DNA from: an uncultured Bacillales bacterium
Lineage (GTDB): Bacteria > Bacillota_I > Bacilli_A > RFN20 > CAG-826
Reading direction: 5' to 3'
Length of the DNA: 64,000 nucleotides
Assembly (NCBI GenBank): GCA_905197045.1
Contig: CAJJXG010000002.1
Span: forward strand, 65,312 to 129,311
A program made the position numbers and the translations under genes. The first letter of the stretch is position 1, and every line of letters begins with the position of its first letter. Positions 27,729-37,639 of the stretch are shown here, one piece after another. The notes beneath the pieces are model-generated. The model did no database searches. It was not told the DNA's origin and saw only the letters and a program-made list of their open reading frames with translations.

Positions 27729-28072
27729 CATTCAGTCTATGTAACCGCTGCTTATTTATTAAGTAGAGGAAAGTCCTGGCTTGCACAATCTGCGATGATT
27801 GTAGTGATTATGCTAGTTGAATAAATAAAACTAGGTACTTTGGAGAAAGTAACGGCGAAAATAATCTAAAAGCTTTGCTCATGATGATTTTTCTTAACGT
27901 GCCACAGTGACGAATTTAAAGGAAACTTTAAAGTGAAACGCGGTAAACCCCTTAAGCAAGAAACTCAAATTTTGGTAGAGGAAACTGGAGAAGAGAATTG
28001 AATCTAATCTAGTAGGTGAAAACCTAGATAAATGGTTACATAAAACAGAACTAGGCTTACGGACTGAATTAC
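27729..28072 (+). ncRNA. rnpB: RNase P RNA, type B
   Basis: Conserved blocks are GAGGAAAGTCC, GTGCCACAGTGACGAA, GAAACGCGGTAAACCCCTTAAGCAAGAAACTCAAATTTTGGTAGAGGAA and ACAGAACTAGGCTTAC. P1 pairs ATTCAGTC (27730-27737) with GACTGAAT (28062-28069). Ends are accurate to about 5 nt. Confidence 0.95.
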
Positions 28073-28089
28073 TCGCTCGTGATTAAAAT

Positions 28090-28746
28090 ATGAAGAAAAT
28101 TAATTTACCAACAAAAATTACTTTAGCCCGAATTGCTCTTGCAACATTTTTAATTATCGGTATTATCGTTCTTTATTTTTTAGACCAATTTAATGTTTTT
28201 TCGATTGCTGAAGTCGGAAATGTCGCCTTAAACGATAGTGGGGCCTACATTAATTGGATCATGATAATTTTGATGCTTGTTTTTTTAATAGCTTCAATGA
28301 CCGATTTTTTAGATGGTTACCTTGCAAGAAAAAATAATGAGGTTACTGATCTAGGAAAATTCCTTGATCCAATTGCTGATAAGATGCTTATCAATTCGAT
28401 GATGGTCTTTTTAGCACTTAATTTTGTAAGTTTAGCTTCGCATCAAAGATTTGCATTTTTCTTAGTAATTATCATGATAATTCGCGATTTAGTTGTTGAT
28501 GGATTGCGCTTTATGGTTGCTAAAAAGAATGTTGTAGTTGCGGCAAACATTTTTGGGAAATTAAAAACGGTTACTCAAATGGTGGCAATTATTGTCGTCT
28601 TTTTAAACGGGTTCCCATTTTCGTATTTTGATTATAATTGGCCAGCCTATATACACGTTAGTGATTGGCTATGTTATATTGCCACATTCTTTAGTGTTTT
28701 AAGTGGCATAATCTATGTAAAACAAAACATTAAATACCTATTTTAA
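28090..28746 (+). CDS. pgsA: CDP-diacylglycerol--glycerol-3-phosphate 3-phosphatidyltransferase
   Basis: CDP-alcohol phosphatidyltransferase motif DFLDGYLARKNNEVTDLGKFLDPIADK. Synteny is pgsA-cinA-recA. Confidence 0.85.
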   Translation: MKKINLPTKITLARIALATFLIIGIIVLYFLDQFNVFSIAEVGNVALNDSGAYINWIMIILMLVFLIASMTDFLDGYLARKNNEVTDLGKFLDPIADKMLINSMMVFLALNFVSLASHQRFAFFLVIIMIIRDLVVDGLRFMVAKKNVVVAANIFGKLKTVTQMVAIIVVFLNGFPFSYFDYNWPAYIHVSDWLCYIATFFSVLSGIIYVKQNIKYLF

Positions 28747-28757
28747 GGAGGGAAATT

Positions 28758-29222
28758 ATGAATAGCGCGCAAAAATTAGTCGAAAGATTAACTGAAAAGA
28801 ATCTTACTTTAGGTTCAGTCGAAAGCTTTACTGGTGGTTTATTTGCTAAAACAATTACCGACATTAGTGGAGCAAGTAAAACATTTAAAGGTGCTCTTGT
28901 TACTTACTCAAAAGAATTGAAAGAAAACTTACTTAAAATTCCTGCTGATTATATTAACGAACATGGAGTAGTAAGTTATGAAGTTTGCCAACAAATGGCA
29001 ATCAAAGGTCAAAAAGCACTTGGAGTAGATGTTTGTGTAGCATTTACTGGTAATGCTGGACCAGAAGTTAACGAAGAAAAAGGAACAGTTGGCGAAATTT
29101 ATATCGCAATTGTTTATAAAGGACAAGTTTGGCCAATTCCTCTACATCTTGAACTTGGTAGAGAAGAAAATAGAGAATATTCAGTACAAGCCGCAATTAA
29201 TGCTCTTTTAAGCATTATTTAA
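28758..29222 (+). CDS. CinA C-terminal domain protein (nicotinamide-nucleotide amidohydrolase PncC-like)
   Basis: LGSVESFTGGLFA...GVVSYEV...AFTGNAGP in 154 aa. The MoCF-binding N-domain is absent. Confidence 0.8.
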   Translation: MNSAQKLVERLTEKNLTLGSVESFTGGLFAKTITDISGASKTFKGALVTYSKELKENLLKIPADYINEHGVVSYEVCQQMAIKGQKALGVDVCVAFTGNAGPEVNEEKGTVGEIYIAIVYKGQVWPIPLHLELGREENREYSVQAAINALLSII

Positions 29223-29277
29223 AATTTTTTTAATTTTTTTCTGAATTCATGCGTTTGTATTAGTGAAAGGAGTTTTT

Positions 29278-30297
29278 ATGTCTGAAAACAAAGTAATTAG
29301 TAAAGACGCGTTGAAGGAAGTTCTACTCCAAGTAGAACATGAATTTGGAAAAGGGACTGTCGTGCGTTTAGGCGACAAACCTAGTGTGGATGTAGAAGCT
29401 ATTTCTAGTGGCAGCATTCTTTTAGATGAATGCTTAGGAATTGGCGGATACCCAAAAGGAAGGATCATTGAAATTTATGGTCCAGAAAGTAGTGGTAAAA
29501 CTACTTTAGCTTTAACAGCTGTTGCAGAAGTTCAAGCTAAAGGAGGGATTGCTGCTTATATCGATGCTGAAAATAGCATCGATCCTGATTATGCAAAAAA
29601 TTTAGGAGTTAACATCGACGATTTAATCCTTTCTCAACCAGATAGTGGTGAAGAAGCTTTAGAAATCGTTGAAACATTAGCTAAAAGTGGTGTGTTTTCC
29701 TTAATTATTGTTGATAGTGTTGCTGCTTTAGTACCTCAAGCTGAACTTGAAGGACAAATGATCGATTCAAGCGTTGGTCTTCAAGCTCGAATGATGTCAA
29801 AAGCAATGAGAAAAATTACAGCCATTTTAAATAAAAATGATTGTACAGTAATTTTTATTAATCAACTTAGAGAAAAAGTTGGGGTAATTTATGGAAGCAA
29901 TGAAACAACAACTGGAGGAAGAGCACTTAAGTTTTATTCTTCAGTCCGAATTGATATTCGTAAATCTGAAGCGATAAAAGAAGGAGCTAGTATTATTGGT
30001 AATGTGGCAAATATTAAAGTTGTCAAAAACAAAGTTGCTCCACCTTTTAGAAGCTGTAAGGTCGATATTATTTATGGAAGAGGAATTTCAAAAGAAGGCG
30101 AACTTTTAGATTTAGCAATTCAAAAAGGAATTGTTAAAAAAGCCGGTAGCTGGTATGAAGTTTATGGTGAAAGGATGGGACAAGGAAGAGAAACTGCCAA
30201 GGCCTATCTCCATGATAATCAAGATATCTTTAAAAAGGTTAAGGAAGAAGTTTTAGCTTCATCTCCAAAAAAAGTTAAGCCAGAAATTGAAATATAG
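29278..30297 (+). CDS. recA: recombinase RecA
   Basis: Motifs are [23 protein letters not shown] and [11 protein letters not shown]. The start is set at ATG 29278 (RBS AAAGGAG at 29266-29272) rather than the track GTG at 29263. Confidence 0.95.
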   Translation: MSENKVISKDALKEVLLQVEHEFGKGTVVRLGDKPSVDVEAISSGSILLDECLGIGGYPKGRIIEIYGPESSGKTTLALTAVAEVQAKGGIAAYIDAENSIDPDYAKNLGVNIDDLILSQPDSGEEALEIVETLAKSGVFSLIIVDSVAALVPQAELEGQMIDSSVGLQARMMSKAMRKITAILNKNDCTVIFINQLREKVGVIYGSNETTTGGRALKFYSSVRIDIRKSEAIKEGASIIGNVANIKVVKNKVAPPFRSCKVDIIYGRGISKEGELLDLAIQKGIVKKAGSWYEVYGERMGQGRETAKAYLHDNQDIFKKVKEEVLASSPKKVKPEIEI

Positions 30298-30370
30298 ATT
30301 GAAAAAGCAATCTCATTATTGAGTGAAATAAATTATTTGCATAATCCTTTATTAAAGGAAGGATTAGAAA

Positions 30371-31969
30371 ATGGATAAGTTTTTAAATGTTCTTGTTGAA
30401 GGAAATTTAGACGTATTTGTCTGGGTAATAATTTTAGTTGCCGTTTTAATAATTGGTGCTCTTTTAGGAGCTTTAGGCACATATTTCTTAGCAAAAGAAA
30501 AAGTAAAAAAAGCTAATTCAAATGCTGAAAAGATTCTTAATGATGCTAACTTAAAAGCCGAAAAAATTCAAAAAAATGCGCAAATCGACGCTAAACAAAC
30601 AGTTTTTGAAATGAAACAAGAAGCTGATAAGGATATTAAGGAAAGAAAGCAAGAAGTTATTGCCCAAGAAAATAAACTTCTTCAAAGAGAACAATCAATT
30701 GATGCTCGTGATCAAGCATTACTTAAAAAAGAAAATGCTTTAGAAAATAAAGAAAAGAATTTAGATCGTCAGATCGAAGATAACAAAAGAAAAGCAGAAA
30801 CTTTAAACGAAAAGATTAATTCTATTCTTGCTGAACTTGAAAAAGTTTCAAATCTTACTGAAAAGGAAGCTAGAGAAGAAATCTATCGTCGAGTCGAAGA
30901 AAAAGAAACTCAAAATATCGCTAAATTCATGAAAGAAAAAGAGGATGAAGCTGAGGCAAAAGCTGATGATAAATCTCGTGAAATTTTAGCAATGGCAATG
31001 GCTCGTAATGCTCAAGATGTAACAAATGAAAGAACAGTTACAACAATTTCACTTCCTAGTGATGAAATGAAGGGTAGAATCATTGGTCGAGAAGGAAGAA
31101 ATATTAAATCTTTAGAACAACTTTTAGGCGTTGACATTATTATTGATGATACCCCAGAAGCACTCACTATTTCTTGTTTTAATCCTATTAGAAGAGAAGT
31201 TGCTTCACGCGTTTTAAATACTCTTATTAAAGATGGAAGAATTCAACCAGGAAGAATTGAAGAAGTTTCTAATAAATGTCAAAAAGAGGTTAATGAAATA
31301 ATTAGAAAAGCTGGCGAAGATGCTGTTGCTAAGCTTGGTATTTCAAATATGAATAAAGAACTTGTGACACTTGTTGGACGTTTAAAATATCGTACTAGCT
31401 ATGGTCAAAATCAACTTACTCACTCCGTTGAAACTGCTCAAATTTGTGGAGCTATGGCTAGCGAACTTGGCTTAAATGTTCAACTTGCAAAACGTGCCGC
31501 TTTACTCCATGATCTTGGAAAAGGACTAGATTATGAAGTTGAAGGAAGCCATGTTGAAATTGGAGCTCGTCTTGCTAAAAAATATGGTGAAAGTGATTTA
31601 GTAGTAAATGCTATTGAATCACATCATGGAGATGTTCCTGCTAAATCAGTTATTGCTTATCTTGTTCAAGCCGCCGATACTTTATCAGCAGCTAGACCTG
31701 GAGCAAGAAGTGAAACTCTTGAAAGCTATATAAAAAGAGTCGAACAACTTGAGTCAATTTGCAAATCATATGATGGAGTTCAAAGTTGTTATGCAATGCA
31801 ATCTGGAAGAGAAGTTAGAGTTATGGTAATTCCAGAAAAGATTAATGATTTACAAGCCTTTAAATTAGCTCACGATATTAAAGAAAGAATTGAAAATGAA
31901 ATGACTTATCCTGGTCAAATTAAAGTCAATGTTATTAGAGAATATCGTGCTCAAGAGACAGCTAAATAA
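30371..31969 (+). CDS. rny: ribonuclease Y
   Basis: N-terminal TM helix, coiled coil, KH domain (GRIIGREGRNIK) and HD domain (LLHDLGK...HH). Confidence 0.95.
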   Translation: MDKFLNVLVEGNLDVFVWVIILVAVLIIGALLGALGTYFLAKEKVKKANSNAEKILNDANLKAEKIQKNAQIDAKQTVFEMKQEADKDIKERKQEVIAQENKLLQREQSIDARDQALLKKENALENKEKNLDRQIEDNKRKAETLNEKINSILAELEKVSNLTEKEAREEIYRRVEEKETQNIAKFMKEKEDEAEAKADDKSREILAMAMARNAQDVTNERTVTTISLPSDEMKGRIIGREGRNIKSLEQLLGVDIIIDDTPEALTISCFNPIRREVASRVLNTLIKDGRIQPGRIEEVSNKCQKEVNEIIRKAGEDAVAKLGISNMNKELVTLVGRLKYRTSYGQNQLTHSVETAQICGAMASELGLNVQLAKRAALLHDLGKGLDYEVEGSHVEIGARLAKKYGESDLVVNAIESHHGDVPAKSVIAYLVQAADTLSAARPGARSETLESYIKRVEQLESICKSYDGVQSCYAMQSGREVRVMVIPEKINDLQAFKLAHDIKERIENEMTYPGQIKVNVIREYRAQETAK

Positions 31970-32757
31970 TGAATATCTTATTTATTGGTGATATTGTTGG
32001 AAAAGTTGGTCGAAAAGCATTAGTTGATAATTTAAATACTATAAAAAAGAAATATAACATCTCTTTTACTATAGCAAATGGAGAAAATATTTCCCGAGGT
32101 AGAGGGATTAATCGTAATCATTATGATTTTTTGATTAAAAATGGTGTTGATTGCGTAACACTAGGAAATCATTATAAGGATCGAATTGAAGTTAAGGATT
32201 ATATTGAACACGTTGATAATTTAATTCGACCAATAAATATTGAAGAAGAATTTCCTGGAGAAGGCAGTAAAGTCTTTGAAGTTGATGGGGTTAATATTAG
32301 AGTAAGCAACATTTTAGGTAGTGCTTACTCTAAAATTCCAGTCAAAGATCCTTATCTTGAAGCGCTTAGTGTTATTGAAAATGATGATAGTGATATTCAT
32401 ATTATTGATTTCCACGCCGATTCAACAGGAGAGAAAAAAGCTTTTGCTTATTCTTTAAAAAATACTGTAAGTGCGGTAATTGGCACACATACGCACGTTC
32501 AAACTCGCGATGCTCAAATTTTAAATACTGGGGTTTTATATATTAGCGATGTTGGAATGTGTGGGTCTTACAATAGTGTTTTAGGTACTGAAATCAATAG
32601 TGTTATTGAACGCATCATTAAACATAATGAGAATAGTCGTTTTGAGTATTTAGATAACGATGATAGACTTTTTTCAGCCGTTATTTTAAAATTTAACGAT
32701 TTAACTTTTAAAGGTGAAGAAATTATCCCTTTATATATTATTAATAAGAAAGGTTGA
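31969..32757 (+). CDS. ymdB: YmdB-type metallophosphoesterase (2',3'-cyclic-nucleotide 2'-phosphodiesterase)
   Basis: Motifs are ILFIGDIVG, ANGEN, GNH and DFHAD...GTHTHV. Synteny is rny-ymdB. Confidence 0.85.
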   Translation: MNILFIGDIVGKVGRKALVDNLNTIKKKYNISFTIANGENISRGRGINRNHYDFLIKNGVDCVTLGNHYKDRIEVKDYIEHVDNLIRPINIEEEFPGEGSKVFEVDGVNIRVSNILGSAYSKIPVKDPYLEALSVIENDDSDIHIIDFHADSTGEKKAFAYSLKNTVSAVIGTHTHVQTRDAQILNTGVLYISDVGMCGSYNSVLGTEINSVIERIIKHNENSRFEYLDNDDRLFSAVILKFNDLTFKGEEIIPLYIINKKG

Positions 32758-34208
32758 GTATGGGAAGAAACGTAATTATTGAATCAATGCCTGATTTAGA
32801 TAAGGCCAGAACGCGTGTTGGAAAGATTGAAACAGTCAACTTTTCTTATGAACCTTCAAAAGAATTAGTTGATAAGTTTAAAGGCAAAAAAGCTTTCATT
32901 AGAACTTATGGTTGCCAAGCAAATTATCGTGATGAAGAAACTTTAATGGGCCTTCTTTCTTTGATTGGTATGGAAAAAACCGAAAATCCAGAAGAAGCGA
33001 CTGTCGCAATTTTAAATACGTGCGCAGTTAGAGAAAATGCTGAAGATAAAGTTTATGGAGAAATTGGTCAATTTAAGAGCTTAAAGGCTAAAAATAAAGA
33101 TTTAGTCTTGATGCTTTGTGGATGTATGGTTGAACAAAAGCATATTGTAGAAGATGTTTTAACTAAATTCCCACATGTTGATATTTTCTTTGGAACACAT
33201 AATCTTGAAGATGTTTTATCTTTACTTGAGAAATTTATTAAAGATAAAAAACATTCTCGACACGTTGATGTTTTATCAAAAGAAGGCAATATTGTTGAAA
33301 AAATGCCTGTTACCAGAATTGATGATTATAAGGCATATGTTAATATTTCTTATGGCTGCGATAAGTTTTGTACTTATTGTATTGTTCCTTATACAAGAGG
33401 CAAAGAAAGAAGTCGTAACATTAGCGATATATTGAGCGAGTGTAAAGAATTAGTTGATCAAGGTTATAAGGAAATTACTTTACTAGGGCAAAATGTTGAT
33501 AGCTATGGCAAAGATTTAAAAGATGGAACGACCTTTGCTAAACTGCTTGAAGAAGTAGCTAAACTCAATATGCCTCGTTTAAGGTTTTTAACAAGTTATC
33601 CAAGTGATTTTCATGATGATGTAATTGATGTTATAGCTAAATACGATAACATTATGAAATACATTCATTTACCAATTCAAAGTGGAAGCGATGAAACACT
33701 TAGAAGAATGGGCAGAAGATATACAAGTAAAGAATATCTCGATTTAGTTAAAAGAATTAGAGAAAAGATTCCAACAATTGCTTTATCAACCGACATTATA
33801 GTTGGCTTTCCTAATGAAAGTTATGAAGAATTTAAAGAGACGATTGATGTTGCTTTAAAAGCTGATTATACAAGTGCTTTTACTTTTATTTATTCACCAC
33901 GAAAAGGAACACCTGCTGCTCGACTTGTAGACAATGTGACTTATGATGAAAAAGTAAAAAGATTTAAGGAACTTGTTGATGCTTTAGAGATTAATTTTAA
34001 AAAGCATGCCGATGAGATGGTTGGAAAAACTTTTGAAGTTTTAGTGGATGGCGAAAGCAAAAAAGATAAATCTATGCTTTCAGGTTATGCTTATAATATG
34101 AAAATTATTCACTTTAAAGGCGATGAATCTTTAATAGGTAAACTTGTTAAAGTTAAGGTATTAGAGTCGCACGTTTATTCGCTTATTGGAGAGCTTGTTA
34201 GTGATTAA
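32754..34208 (+). CDS. miaB: tRNA-2-methylthio-N6-dimethylallyladenosine synthase
   Basis: UPF0004 N-domain (TYGCQANYRDEE), radical-SAM CDKFCTYCIVP and a TRAM C-terminus. The start is either TTG at 32754 or ATG at 32760. Confidence 0.9.
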   Translation: MSMGRNVIIESMPDLDKARTRVGKIETVNFSYEPSKELVDKFKGKKAFIRTYGCQANYRDEETLMGLLSLIGMEKTENPEEATVAILNTCAVRENAEDKVYGEIGQFKSLKAKNKDLVLMLCGCMVEQKHIVEDVLTKFPHVDIFFGTHNLEDVLSLLEKFIKDKKHSRHVDVLSKEGNIVEKMPVTRIDDYKAYVNISYGCDKFCTYCIVPYTRGKERSRNISDILSECKELVDQGYKEITLLGQNVDSYGKDLKDGTTFAKLLEEVAKLNMPRLRFLTSYPSDFHDDVIDVIAKYDNIMKYIHLPIQSGSDETLRRMGRRYTSKEYLDLVKRIREKIPTIALSTDIIVGFPNESYEEFKETIDVALKADYTSAFTFIYSPRKGTPAARLVDNVTYDEKVKRFKELVDALEINFKKHADEMVGKTFEVLVDGESKKDKSMLSGYAYNMKIIHFKGDESLIGKLVKVKVLESHVYSLIGELVSD

Positions 34209-34497
34209 TCAAAAGTTCAAAGATAGTATTACTAATCTAAAAAATGAGCTTTACGAAGACCCTCTTTTAAAGGAGTATTTTGAAACTAAAAAAGCTTTAC
34301 TTTCTTCAAAAAGCCTGCAAAACTCGGATAAATTAATTTTAGTGAGTAAATATAGCGCCCTTAAAAAAGAAGAAAAACAGCGTTATGCCTATTTAAGAAT
34401 GCATAAAGAGGAAAATCCACTAGTTAATAATTTTTTTGTTTTAAAAGAGGAAGTTGAAAATCTAATAGAAGAAGTTAATGAGCTATTTAATTTATGA
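34186..34497 (+). CDS. YmcA/YlbF-family protein (RicA-like)
   Basis: It follows miaB (ymcB) as ymcA does in B. subtilis. The helical pattern includes ...ENPLVNNFFVLKEEVENLIEEV. The likely start is the internal GTG at 34201. Confidence 0.5.
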   Translation: MESLLVINQKFKDSITNLKNELYEDPLLKEYFETKKALLSSKSLQNSDKLILVSKYSALKKEEKQRYAYLRMHKEENPLVNNFFVLKEEVENLIEEVNELFNL

Positions 34498-35330
34498 TAT
34501 ATGCTATTTTAGGTCCGACATGTAGTGGCAAAAGTGATTTTGCTGAAAAGTTATCTTTAAAATATAATGCTCCAATTATTAATTTTGATGCGTTTCAGGT
34601 TTATAAAGAATTAAATAAAGGCACCGCCAAACCATCAAAAAAAGAACTAGATAGTGGGCGCTATTTTCTTTATGATTTTGTTTCAATTAAAGAAGATTAT
34701 AATGTTAGTCGCTATCAAGAAGAAGCACGTTTACTTCTTGAAAAGTTCAAAGATAAAGATGTAGTCATGGTTGGAGGAACTGGCTTATATCTTAAAGCCG
34801 CTTTATTTGATTATAAGTTTTTAAAAGAAGAAAAAATGGATGAAGGTTTTTTGCAAGATGTTAGTAATGAAGAACTTTATCGTGAGCTTCTTCTTATTGA
34901 TAAAGATGATGCTATAAAAATTGGTGTCAATAATCGAAAAAGACTTTTAAGAGCTTTATATATTTATAAAATTCATAATAAAAGTAAAAGTGAATTAAAT
35001 GATAATGGGAAAAATACCCTTTTATATAAAGATGTTAAATTTTATGGTATTGATATTGATCGAGCATTACTTTATCAAAGAATTGATCAAAGGGTTGATA
35101 AAATGTTTGAAGATGGTTTAGAAGAAGAAGCTCGCTCACTTTTTAATAACTATGATCATTCTTTAAGAGCTTTACAAGCTATTGGTTATAAAGAGTTTTT
35201 ACTTTCTTCTAATAGTGAAGAAATTAAAAAGATGATTAAAAATAATACTCATCATTATGCAAAAAGGCAGATGACTTTTTTTAAACATCAATTTGATAAT
35301 ATTGAATGGATAAAATTTGAAAATGTCTAA
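34494..35330 (+). CDS. miaA: tRNA dimethylallyltransferase
   Basis: P-loop GPTCSGKS and the GGTGLY motif. Confidence 0.9.
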   Translation: MIYAILGPTCSGKSDFAEKLSLKYNAPIINFDAFQVYKELNKGTAKPSKKELDSGRYFLYDFVSIKEDYNVSRYQEEARLLLEKFKDKDVVMVGGTGLYLKAALFDYKFLKEEKMDEGFLQDVSNEELYRELLLIDKDDAIKIGVNNRKRLLRALYIYKIHNKSKSELNDNGKNTLLYKDVKFYGIDIDRALLYQRIDQRVDKMFEDGLEEEARSLFNNYDHSLRALQAIGYKEFLLSSNSEEIKKMIKNNTHHYAKRQMTFFKHQFDNIEWIKFENV

Positions 35331-36024
35331 TTTAATTGATACTAGAAGCAAACTATTATTATCTGAAGACTTTGATTTAATCAAACATTTTAAGATTGCA
35401 GTAATTGGTTTAGGTGGAGTCGGCTCAATTATCCCTATGTCGTTAATTAGAAGTGGGGTTAAAAATTTATTGATAATTGATGGTGATAAGGTTGATGAAA
35501 CTAATCTTAATCGACAAATGGCGTATTTTTCTAAAGATGTTGGAAAATATAAAAGCGAAGTCTTAAAAGAAAGATTATTTGAAATAAGAGATGATATTGA
35601 AATTGAAGCTTTAAATTGTTTTGTTGATGAAAATTTTGATTTTTCAATTTTTAAAGGCTTAGACTATATAATAGATTGCATTGATGATATTGATGCTAAA
35701 GTATTATTAGCAAAATATGCTCTTAATAATAATGTTTCATTAATTTCTTCAATGGGAACTGGAAATCGTTTAGATCCTGCTAAATTATCAATTGTTCGTC
35801 TTGATAAAACTAGCGGTGATCCTCTTGCTAAAAAGTTTCGCTATTTATTAAGAAAAGAAAATATTGATCTTAAAAAGATTAATGTGGTTTCTTCTAGCGA
35901 AGAACCTATCGTTAAAGGGAAAGTAGTTTCTTCTATGGCGTTTGTGCCAAATAGTAGTGGCTTATTAATGAGTTCATTTGTCTTAAAAGAACTCTTAAGG
36001 AGATACAAAAATGAAGTTAGATAA
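35317..36024 (+). CDS. tcdA: tRNA threonylcarbamoyladenosine dehydratase (ThiF/MoeB-family E1-like)
   Basis: VIGLGGVGS...IIDGDKVDETNLNRQ, about 235 aa, with no rhodanese or Cys-rich tail. Confidence 0.7.
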   Translation: MKMSNLIDTRSKLLLSEDFDLIKHFKIAVIGLGGVGSIIPMSLIRSGVKNLLIIDGDKVDETNLNRQMAYFSKDVGKYKSEVLKERLFEIRDDIEIEALNCFVDENFDFSIFKGLDYIIDCIDDIDAKVLLAKYALNNNVSLISSMGTGNRLDPAKLSIVRLDKTSGDPLAKKFRYLLRKENIDLKKINVVSSSEEPIVKGKVVSSMAFVPNSSGLLMSSFVLKELLRRYKNEVR

Positions 36025-37639
36025 TATTGGAAAAGTTGCAAAAAAGTTTGGGATTGGCGAGGAATTTCTTGAATATTATGGAAATTACAAGGCTAAAATT
36101 GACTTTAAAAGAATGTGGAATGAAGTCAAAAATAATGAAGATGGTAAATTAGTTTTAGTCACGGCAATTACCCCAACAAAAGCTGGCGAAGGAAAAACCA
36201 CAACAACCATCGCCTTAATTGATGGCTTAGCTAAAATTAAGCAAAAAGCGATAGGCTGTTTAAGAGAGCCAAGTTTAGGTCCAGTTTTTGGCTTAAAAGG
36301 TGGAGCAACTGGAGGAGGCAAAGTAACTGTTGAACCTCACGATGATATTAACCTTCATTTTACAGGTGATATGCATGCCTTAACTAGTTCAATTAATCTT
36401 ATAAGTGCAATCATTGATAATCATATTTATCAAGGAAATGAATTAAATATTGACCCTAATAAAATTACATGGAAAAGAGCTCTTGATATGAACGATCGAG
36501 AACTTCGAAGTATTAATATTGGTTTAGGAAGCGATAAAAACGGCATTAAAAGAGAGGATCATTTTCAAATTACTGTTGCTAGTGAGTTAATGGCAATAAT
36601 GTGCCTAGCTAAAGATGAAAAAGATTTTATCGATCGCGTGAGAAAAATTATTGTTGCTTTTACTTACGATGATAAGCCTGTTTATTTAGAAGAATTAAGA
36701 ATATCAAATGCAATTTTAAAGTTAATGCGTGAGGCTTTAAAACCAAATATCGTACAAACACAGGAACATAATCTTGTTTTTGTTCATGGTGGACCTTTTG
36801 CAAACATCGCACATGGATGCAGTAGTTTAATTGCGACTCGTTTAGCTTTAAAACTTTCACCACTAGTTATTACTGAAGCTGGATTTGCTAGTGATTTAGG
36901 GGCTGAAAAATTTTTTGATATCAAATGTCGTACCGGAAATTTAAAACCAAATGCAGTTGTTCTTGTTGCGACAATAAGAGCATTAAAACTTCATGGTGGT
37001 GTTTTATTTGAGGAATTAGAAAACGAGAATTTAGATGCACTTGAAAATGGGTTTAAGAATTTAGAGCAACACTATCAAAACTTAAGGAAATTTAATGTAC
37101 CAGTAATTGTAGCTATTAATCATTTTAAGAGCGACTCAGAAAACGAAGTTAAAAAGCTAATTGAATTATTGAATAAGAATTATTTCCCATTCGCCTTTTT
37201 AGATGGATATTTAAAAGGTGGCGATGGAAGTCGTGAACTTGCTTCTAAAGTAATGGAAGTTTTAGAAACTAAACGCAGTAATTTCTCTCCAATTTATAAA
37301 TTAACCTCGTCAATTGAAGAAAAAATTGAAACTTTAGCCAAGGAAATTTATCGTGCTGATGGTGTTGAATATAGTGACCTTGCTAAAGAAAAAATAGAGC
37401 TTTATAAAAATATGGGGAAAGATGATTTACCAATTTGTGTAGCAAAAACACAATCAAGTTTTTCTGATGATCCTAAATTATTGAATGCTCCTAGAAATTT
37501 TAAACTTCATGTTAAAGATTTATCTTTATCAAATGGTGCTGGTTTTATTGTAGTTTATTGCGGAAATATTTTAACAATGCCTGGCCTTCCAAAAATTCCT
37601 GCAGCAGTGAAAATGGAAGATGAAAATTTGTTTAATTAA
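36011..37639 (+). CDS. fhs: formate--tetrahydrofolate ligase
   Basis: TPTKAGEGKTTTTI, GPVFGLKGGATGGG and HGGPFANIAHGC. Confidence 0.95.
   Translation: MKLDNIGKVAKKFGIGEEFLEYYGNYKAKIDFKRMWNEVKNNEDGKLVLVTAITPTKAGEGKTTTTIALIDGLAKIKQKAIGCLREPSLGPVFGLKGGATGGGKVTVEPHDDINLHFTGDMHALTSSINLISAIIDNHIYQGNELNIDPNKITWKRALDMNDRELRSINIGLGSDKNGIKREDHFQITVASELMAIMCLAKDEKDFIDRVRKIIVAFTYDDKPVYLEELRISNAILKLMREALKPNIVQTQEHNLVFVHGGPFANIAHGCSSLIATRLALKLSPLVITEAGFASDLGAEKFFDIKCRTGNLKPNAVVLVATIRALKLHGGVLFEELENENLDALENGFKNLEQHYQNLRKFNVPVIVAINHFKSDSENEVKKLIELLNKNYFPFAFLDGYLKGGDGSRELASKVMEVLETKRSNFSPIYKLTSSIEEKIETLAKEIYRADGVEYSDLAKEKIELYKNMGKDDLPICVAKTQSSFSDDPKLLNAPRNFKLHVKDLSLSNGAGFIVVYCGNILTMPGLPKIPAAVKMEDENLFN

Noticed and set aside
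29230-29277. Search for a LexA/Cheo box (GAAC-N4-GTTC) upstream of recA.
   Set aside because: No match was seen, so no SOS operator is called.
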